Shown here: one piece after another, positions 27,087-35,703 of the stretch
Position numbering within the stretch: position 1 is the stretch's first letter
Layout: the number at the start of each line of letters is the position of its first letter
NCBI GenBank assembly: GCA_000442015.1
Contig: KE560937.1
Coordinates: 62,001 to 97,703, forward strand
Direction: 5' to 3'
Length of the DNA: 35,703 nucleotides
Source: Rozella allomycis CSF55
Lineage: Eukaryota
Made by a program: the position numbers and the translations under genes
Notes under the pieces: generated by a model
Told to the model about the DNA's origin: nothing
What the model saw: only the letters and a program-made list of their open reading frames with translations
Databases searched by the model: none

Positions 27087-30000
27087 TTAGTTAGCTTTGA
27101 TAATTCGACTGCCATCTAGAACGTATCCATTTGCTTTTAATTCATCCAAAGACTTTTCTACTAATTGTTCTAAAAACAATTTCTTTGCACTGTCCAAGTT
27201 TGAATCACTTTTCAATTTTAGTCCATAAAATGATGGATTTTTTAGCACTCTGTTTGCCAGAAAACTATTTTCAAGTAACGCAAGAGCGTCTTTAAAGGAT
27301 TTGATGTTACCAATTTTGACTTGGGAAAGTAAAAGTTTAGGGAAATGCAAATGAAGGTTTGATTCTAATGGAAAAGGTTCATAAAGGAATTTTTTGTAGT
27401 AAGATTTTTTGATATCTTGAACAAGAACGACGACTGTTGACATTTCGTCTATTTGGGGTCTGCCAGCTAGACCCATCATTTGATGAATATCGGCTAATGG
27501 ATAATCAACAAAACATTTTGATTCAGAGTCAAAGTATTCCGTGCCTATTAAGATTGAAATATTAATTATTACCTAAATAAATGAAGAATGTAAGTGTTAC
27601 CTTTGATGATGACTAGATGAGCAGGAAACCGTGATTCCCAAGCGAACCCTTTAACCAACACCAACACCAATATTTTATTCATAGAAAATAGCATTCTAAC
27701 AATCCTCTTGTCATTATCCTTCAATCCATAGTGCATGAACCCAATTCCGAATCTTAAAACATGTTTCAATTGTTGATCTTGGACGTTATCTAGAACATTT
27801 TCAATTTCAGTGTCGACTTTGAGATAGTTGTTATTGATTGTGCAGTGAGCAATTAATTCATGGGCAGTGGCTACAGTTTGATTTTGGGACGAAACAAAAA
27901 CAACTGTTGGCTTTGATGAGGAGTATGTTTCTATTGCTTGATATATTGGTTTGTTCATTAGATTCATTCTTGTGGAATAATTCTTGTCGTCAAAGCCTTG
28001 AATGTAGACTTGAAGTGGGAGAGGACGAACATTTGGTTTGAAATTGAACAGATTAGATGAAGGTATTTTCAACCAATCAGCAACATCTTTAACGTTTGAT
28101 AAAGATGTAGACAAAACAATCATTCTAATTTTATTGTTAAAGTTCTGTAATTGATGAATATGAGAAATCAATATTTCTACACTTGGATTTAAATCCAACA
28201 AATGTATTTCATCAATAATTATAAGAGATATTTGAGATGAAAAGAATTCCAAATTAAAGTTTTGATTTTCTTGAATTGATTCCATCCACTTTTCAGGTGT
28301 TGACAAGACTAGTTGAGAAACATCAAAGTCGCTGAAACTTCTTAATTCATTCATGGGGATGTTTAATCTTTTCCAATCTCTACTTTTGTCTTTCACAATT
28401 TGTTTCAGTGGAGAGAAATAAATAATTTTGCCATTTGGATTATTTCTTAGTGAATTCCAAATAGTAAATTCAGCAATCAATGTTTTACCAGAGCCTAATT
28501 TATTATGTATGAATAGAATTTACCGCTGGGTGCTCCAATGAATAGATTTGACGTAGTGTGATAAGCTTGATGGAAAACAAGAGATTGAATTGGATTGAAA
28601 TAGTTGATGTCTTTGTAGATTTGTATTAACTTTTCGTCCATGAGACTTGATTTATTTAAAAGATTCAAAGGTAATAAATCTGTATGAAAATTTTCTACTT
28701 TTGGCATTATTAAATCATCAAGTGAGATTGGCAAATGAAATTCACAATGTAGCCATTTGTCACTAACAACAGAAATTAAAATTTCATTTGGTTTTGGATT
28801 AGCAATTGGAATGAAAAAGTTTACGAAATTTACAGAATGAAAGTTTTGTTTCGTTAAATAAAATGGTTCAGAATGATACAAAAACAAGCCATCAGAATCT
28901 TTTGCAAAGATCCAAAATAATTCAGAATTGGAATGCACAGAATCATTCCATGTAAATTTTGTCTTTATTTTTAAATTAACTTTGACAACATTGTTAGAAA
29001 TTGGTGAAATTTCAGATTCTAAAAATAGATTTGGAAATTCATGAATTGCGTTGAAAACAATTTTGCCTTGATTTGGATTTAATAAGTTTGACAAATCAGA
29101 CAGAGAAAGAGATAAAAGTTCATCAAAGGAATATTTTTGGATTTTGAATAAATAGTCATTTTTAATTGATCTGAATTGAAATAGAAAATGATCATCCAAC
29201 CAAAGTCTTTTTTCAATCATTTTAGCTAAATTTAACGACATTTCAGCAGTTGAAGCCCAATTTCTTTTTAATGAAATTTCTAAAATAGATCTGATTAATC
29301 TAGAAGCATTTTGAATTATGTAATTTGTGTCAGATATTAATGAAAACGAATTTAAATGGAAATTAGAAATATAAGATTGAAGTAGAATGTTAACTTTACC
29401 ATTTACAGAACAAGATCCACCGAGAACCGGGATTAAACAATGGTTTTGTTCAATTGAATCTAATTCTAAAACTTCTTCTTGTCTAACTTTAATATTTTGG
29501 AATTCAAAAGATGAACAAAGACAATTTAAAACATTTTTAATGTCCATATCCATTTTTAAACTATTTTGAAATATTTCAACTGTTTGATGTTTCAAATAAT
29601 AAAGAGAAGCAATTCTACCCAAACTCTTTACATTAAATGATAAATTTTCATTTGAATTTGACAAGGGTTCTTTAACAATTCCAATCATATCAAGTTTATT
29701 CAAATATTCCAAAGAACTTTTAATAATCTCAATCAATTTATTTTCAATATTCTGACTCAAATTCTGATTAATTCTAATTCCATATTTCAATGGATTCTTT
29801 CTCATTCTAACGTACAAATAACTATATTTCAACCAATTTATTGCTTCGTTTAAATTAGAAACAGTCCCAAGCGTTATTTCTGCATTTAAATTATCAACCA
29901 GATTGTTATTAAATTTCGATTCAATTGGAATTTGATGTGTTATACTTGAAACATAAAAATTTAATTTTTCATGTCTTGTTATTATTATCCCTTCTCCATG

Positions 30001-31983
30001 ACTTTCATATTGCGGCCTCCCTGCTCTGCCAAATATCTGCAAAACATCTAAAATTCCTAAATCTACAAATCCTCCCTTTTCTGGATTGTAAATTTCCGTT
30101 CCTTTGATTATTACTGCGTGGGCTGGTAAATTAACACCCCAAGCCAAAGTAGCAGTACAAAACAAGACCTTTCATAATGAATGAATCTAAAATGTTACCT
30201 ATACTAATGATTGTAAGTTTTGCTTACCTAAGATAATGAATGCACTATAGACTTTACCTTTATCTTGCTGGTTTCAAATAACTTTTCCACCAATAATCTG
30301 TCACCTCTAATCATCCCCGCATGATGAATCCCAAGTCCATTCGGTACCAATTCTTCTAATTGTCTGTTTCTACTATTCTTTCCATTCCAATTATTCTCAA
30401 CCTCAAATAAATCAATACAATCATATTCTCTCATTAACTGAATAAACTTTTTAGCACCCTTAAATGTTGCATTCCTTGAATGCACAAAAATCATCACTTG
30501 ATGTCCCTGTCTCAAATACTCACACGTTCTTTCAAACGCAATCACATCCATCTCTTCCAAAACCATATTTTTATTATTTCCTTTAATCCCTACAAACTTT
30601 TGCGTCAACGGGACTGGTCTAAATCTTCCATCAAAATAAAACATTCCATTCACATTCACATTCAGAAATTCAGCTACATCCACAAAATTTGGCAACGTTG
30701 CTGATAACCCAACAATTCTTATCATCTTTTGCGTCATTTCAATTTGTCGCTGTGTTCTCGCTACAATACTCTCCAAAACTGATCCTCGCTCGTCTTCAAG
30801 TAAATGAACTTCATCTATAATCAACAGTCTCACCTTTTCAACTAGATCAACATCATTCTTTCTCGTTGTAACATCCCACTTCTCAGGCGTTGTTACTATG
30901 ATCTGGGTCTCTGCTATTTCAGATCTACTCAGTTGCATATCTCCTGTATATTCCCTAGTCTTAACCCCCAGCTTTTTCAATTGTTTCTCAAACTTTCCCA
31001 CAATCTCAGTTGCCAATGCCTTCATCGGCGCAACATACACAATCTTAAATGCATCCTTGTCCAAATTTCCTTTATCATTCACATTTGTATATTGTTCAAC
31101 ACAATGCATAATCGCTAAAAGAGCAACATTTGTCTTTCCTGCACCAGTTGGCGCACACACCAAAACATTCTCATTACGCTCGTAAATAACTGGAAACACC
31201 AATGATTGCATCATATTAAACGTTTCTATATTAGAAAACGCAACTCTGGAAAATTCATTCACTCTATAAGTCGGTACCAATTCCACTTGTACATCTCCTC
31301 CACTCCTCTCACTCGGAATAACAAACTCTTCATACAGCTTATTATCATATCTTTCAGTGCCGGCAGGTAACGCTATTTTAGTGCCGAAAGCTGACAGCAC
31401 CGACGTAGAGCTGGGCTCCCCATACACATGTGGGTACTTTTTCGTTTCTCCAGTCTACATTACCCTCTTGCCAACAATCTTACCACTCTCTTTGAAAATA
31501 TAGATTCATTAATTGACTCATTTTCCTTTTTCTTTTTCAAATCTCGAATCCTTTGAGCATTTTTCCTACGATCCTGTATTAACTTGAAAATCACGTCTAT
31601 CGAATCGTAACCAACAAGTTCCAAGATTTCTTCCTGTATCTCATCATCTATAAACAAAATAATATATCATTTGTACCGCTCATGTTGCATTCAAGCATCT
31701 CTACCATCTTGTCTTGCACATAATCGACTCCCAATTCCCAATTTCGCGTTTCAAAAAATCTTTTAATCCAGTCTTCACTAGAATTTCCTGTTTCTTTGAA
31801 TCTTTGGGTTTTCATTTGTTCCTCTGTTGCCCAGTATCTTTCTACTAACTGGCGAAATTCGAATACTTTGGCTCGCTCGCCCGGAAGATTCCAGTTGACT
31901 GGTTCTTTGCTTATATCCACGGGACGGAACTTTCCTTTTGATATTCTTGATTTTATCAAATTTATTCGGTCAGTGAAATCCAT
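27087..31983 (-). CDS. ASCC3: ASCC3/Slh1 (Rqt2) Ski2-like dual-cassette helicase with a degenerate C-terminal cassette and no final Sec63 domain
   Basis: YPHVY and ALPAGT N-terminal motifs. Cassette 1: APTGAGKT, DEVH, SAT, TATLAWGVNLPA, DLGILDVLQIFGRAGRPQ, then Sec63. Cassette 2: APSGSGKT, DEIH, QMMGLAGRPQ. Five intervening sequences, two of which are stacked mini-introns. Confidence 0.92.
27545..27600 (-). other. Composite 56-nt intron made of two abutting 28-nt introns (zero-length exon)
   Basis: AAAG|gtaacacttacattcttcatttatttag|gtaataattaatatttcaatcttaatag|GCACG. The flanking exons give the contiguous motif IIKG-TEYF. Confidence 0.85.
30169..30257 (-). other. Composite 89-nt intron made of three abutting introns (30+29+30 nt; two zero-length exons)
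   Basis: AAG|gtaaagtctatagtgcattcattatcttag|gtaagcaaaacttacaatcattagtatag|gtaacattttagattcattcattatgaaag|GTC. The flanking exons give contiguous KIK-VLFCTATLAWG. Confidence 0.88.
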
Positions 31984-32254
31984 TTCTGGAAATTTGCAGA
32001 TAGCGATGGGTCATTTTGAGAACCGCTACTGAATATGCGTGTGCATTAATTATTCTAAAAAGTTATATTTGAATTATTTATAATAAATTAGCTATTCTGC
32101 CATTATTTAAGCAAAAATTTTGCAATCGTTCATTTTGATTTTTCAAACAAGGGATGCTTGCATTAATTATAAATTATGATGTATTTGTGGCAATTACGGG
32201 CCTACGGCAAATCTATGCAATTAATATCATTGAGAAATTTCTCCAACCAAACTA

Positions 32255-35200
32255 ATGACCTTGAAGGAATATTATATTCGAGTTAATGTTCCACTATTAG
32301 GTCACACAATTCTTCTATGCGATCCAAGTACTACACCAATCGATGTTCTGACGAAACTACGGGAATATAAATTTGTAATAATGTTCCTTTTCAACCATCA
32401 GGAAAGCCGACCAACTAATGACGTATTTGGCGAATCCAACTTGGTATTTAATGGTGTATAATCATGTAAATTTTAAAATAGCATTTATTGCCACTTCATG
32501 AACCAATAGCGTCCAATGAGTCCATTGTTAAGATGATTTTACGATCTTCTTATCCTGAAATTACAGTGTCTACAAAGAACAACATAGAGGTTGCAAAAGA
32601 TTATGATCAAATTTTACATAATGAATTGGCCGAGGTTTATCAAAAATTACAGACAATGACTGTTTCATTTCTGAACAGAGCTGATTCAGAAAGCAAAAGT
32701 CAGATAAAGGAAGTAAAGGATATTAATAATTTTAATAGATTCAATTAATGAAGAAAAGAATAGGGAATATAATTGGGTTCGGGCTTTACCGGTTTCGAGA
32801 TTCAAGGAGGGAGAAGGGTGAAATTATGTCGTTTAGAAACAATATTTATCAGTAAAATTAACTTAATGCTGTAAAATCGATTCGTTAAGAAGGTAGCGGA
32901 ACGTAGAGACTACGATGAATACATGAATCCTAGCGATGGATTTAAGCGTCCATTAAAAATTGAAAAAGTGATAGCAAGAATAAAATTCAAGGACTCTGAA
33001 AAAACAATTTTAATTGATCGTAATATTTTATTGTAATTTATATAGAATCCGATACTGTAGAGATGGTGTTGCAAAAATCACTTCAGAAACATAAACTTCA
33101 AAATTATGATGATTGGCAGCATTATATACTACGATGGAAGACAAAGGCAATATATTTTACTGAAATGAACAAAAATTTTCTTCAATTATGGAGCCTATCA
33201 GAATGCATGGATGATAGGGAGATTGTGAATTTAACAATTGAGAATTGGAAGGATGTAATTCCGGGAAAATACAAGGAAATCTTCCAGACAATAGATTATG
33301 AAATTCCAGTGGATGAAACAAACTCTCTCCCTGATCCTGTCCACTCATGCGAAGTTGAAAGGAATGTTGAAATCAAGATTGTCAACTGTGAAGATCTACC
33401 GAGTTTAGATTATAATTACATTTATTTAGAGGCTCATTTGTAAGTTATTAATGCCATAGTAGATAGAATGCATGGTGAACAAGTCCTAACAGGTAGCAAG
33501 TTAACCTCGTACCATATTTTTCAACCTAAAGTTGAATTTAAAGAAAGACTTCTTTTTGATTTTCCAATATCGAAGCTTCCCAGATACTCGGAGTTTGTAA
33601 TTAAACTTTACGGATTGAACACTAAAAAATATGATAATGGAAGCATCTGTCTTTTTAAAGGCTCAACTCCGACATTTGAATATAACGGAATATTTAAATA
33701 TGGAAACTTTCAAATGACTCTGTTTAACGTCAATGACCCAAATGCAGCGAACATAAAACTCAACTTTGAAATTCCTTGTGAAGAGATGATAATAATATTT
33801 TCACAGAATGAAAAGTATTATAAACCCGATATAATAACCCGCGTGGACCCTTTGCATCGTGATCTTTTAGAGAGAGCTTTAAGCACAGACCCATTAGATG
33901 AATTAGATCAAAACATGAAGAATATCATTTTCAGATATCGTTACTGTTTAACGCATGATCCTTTATTTTTATCTAAATACGTTAACTCGATTGATTACTC
34001 AAATCAAGCACAAATTGAAGAAAGTCACATGTATATGTTTTTACAATATGTTATTTAGTTTATTGCAACAGTGGTCTGTGAACGAAGAAGTTGATAATCA
34101 TATTTTAGCAATGGAGCTACTAGGATATTCTTTTAGGGATGCGACTGTTAGAGATCATGCAGTGAAATTGTTGAGCGGTATCAGCAATCACGCATTGAAA
34201 GGATTTCTTTCACAATTTATACAGGTTATACTTTGTAATTTGATTTACTAGTGTTTAAAGAATGAACTATATTTCGATAATAGTTTAATAAGATTCTTGT
34301 TGGAGAAATCATTAAATAGTAGAACTATTGGTCATACATTATTTTGGTATCTCAAAGTAAAGTAGATAAATTATTGTCACAGGCTGAAATCGAAGAGCCA
34401 GAAATGAGCATACCGTGTGCTCTGTATTTAGAAGCGTATCTTCGTGCTTGTTCTTCAACAGTTTTGGTAATGTCTTTTGGTTGAAGATAACTAGAATCTT
34501 CTCGAGAGAGAAAATAAATTAAATTGTTTTCTGATAAATCTATCAAAAGAAATTAAACTAATAAATGATTCCAAGAACAAATTGATTCATCTCAGAAGAG
34601 AACTAGGAAAACACTCACTTCATTTACCAGTGTCCATGCCATACGACCAAAATATATTTTGCGGCGACTTTATTGTTGAAAAATGCAAAATCATGGACTC
34701 GAAAAAGGTAGATATCTAGATTGGTTAATAAAAGCAACCATTGTGGTGCGCCATGAATAATCACTTATGCGCTGATGACCCCATTTACTATATATTCAAA
34801 GAAGGTGATGATCTAAGGCAAGACATGTTAACCCTCCAAATGTTAAATTTGATGAACAATGTAAAACGAATATACTCTTTAAATTAGATCTGGAAAGATG
34901 AAGGATTCAATTTCCATATGAAAATTTATAATGTTATTTGTACTGGAAAAGAAACAGGCTTTATACAAGTTGTAAGAGATTCACAAACTGTCAGTTGTAT
35001 TCAAAAGGAATACGGCGGATCAACTGCGGCTTTTAAGGATCAACCGATTTCAGACTTCATTAAACAATATAATCCATCGGAATCTGAATATTTGGATGCT
35101 GTTGATATATTCACTCGATCATGTGCAGCTTATTGCGTCGCTACGTATATTCTTGGGATCGGTGATCGTCACAACGATAACATTATGGTCACAAAACAAG

Positions 35201-35601
35201 GTCATTTGTTTCACATTGATTTTGGACACTTTCTGGGAAACATAAAAAGGAAATTTGGAATCAAACGTGAAAGGGCACCATTTGTGTTGACGCCGGATTT
35301 TGTATACGTCATGAAAACAAAGTCTTCAGATCAATTTGACTTTTTTATAGGATTATGTGTAAAAGCATACAATATAATCAGAAAACACGGTAGAATGTTT
35401 CTTGTACTATTCAAATTAATGTTGTCCACCGGTATCCCTGAATTAACATGCAATGAAGATATTTTCTATTTAAGGGATGCCCTGAAATTAGACCTTGATG
35501 ATGTACAGGCGGAAAAACATTTCAAAGGCTTGATCTCTGAAAGCTTGAGACTTGGTTGGAGTACACAATTGAACTGGTTAATTCACAATCTAGCTCATTG
35601 A
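32255..35601 (+). CDS. Class I-type phosphoinositide 3-kinase catalytic subunit (p110-like)
   Basis: Twelve 26-28 nt introns. IGNIIGFGLYRF...EIMSFRNN (p110 linker), RBD-like region, C2 (LPRYSEFVIKLYG), helical domain (VRDHAV, QFIQCLKNE, FWYLKAE) and kinase (MDSKKQPLW, FKEGDDLRQDML, LGIGDRHNDN, HIDFGHFLGNIKRKFGIKRERAPF, WSTQLNWLIH). Confidence 0.9.
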
Positions 35602-35703
35602 ATTCAATAAATTAAAGTTAATGTATAAAGTTATCGAATTTAATTTAATGGTACGTAATAAGTTATTATCGGACGGGGAGTTTACGACCCGGACTTCAGA
35701 AAC

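Noticed and set aside
27087-31983. Assignment as Brr2/SNRNP200
   Set aside because: YPHVY, LPAGT, DLGILDVLQIFGRAGRP and GRIASLYYL are ASCC3/Slh1-type motifs.
35670-35703. GC-rich end of the window resembling a tRNA fragment
   Set aside because: No TTCRA T-loop or cloverleaf, and the stretch is truncated by the window edge.

Overview
AT-rich, very gene-dense eukaryotic genomic DNA, not prokaryotic. The ORF track is fragmented because genes are cut by about 50 ultra-short spliceosomal intron units, all 26-31 nt in my manual mapping. Gene content (axonemal dynein, fungal-type Ssr4, class I-type PI3K) suggests an early-diverging zoosporic fungus or relative, Rozella/Cryptomycota-like (inference). 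Twelve genes were reconstructed: LRR-like protein, DNAH6-like axonemal dynein heavy chain, membrane GT54-like glycosyltransferase, polyprenol reductase (DFG10), derlin, Ssr4, an orphan membrane-anchored protein, a SYCP2/Rec10/Red1-like meiotic axis protein, a KIN1/MARK kinase, a double-hotdog acyl-CoA thioesterase, ASCC3/Slh1 helicase and a class I PI3K. Top finding: the only two long introns, both in ASCC3/SLH1 (89 and 56 nt), are exact stacks of three and two abutting 28-30 nt mini-introns joined at AG|GT with zero-length exons. This points to recursive splicing, and the triple stack looks like it arose by tandem intron duplication. Other findings: a probable GT-CG intron in PI3K, an in-frame stop in the meiotic-axis gene whose promoter has a duplicated GGCGG motif, and a degenerate, truncated second helicase cassette in ASCC3.
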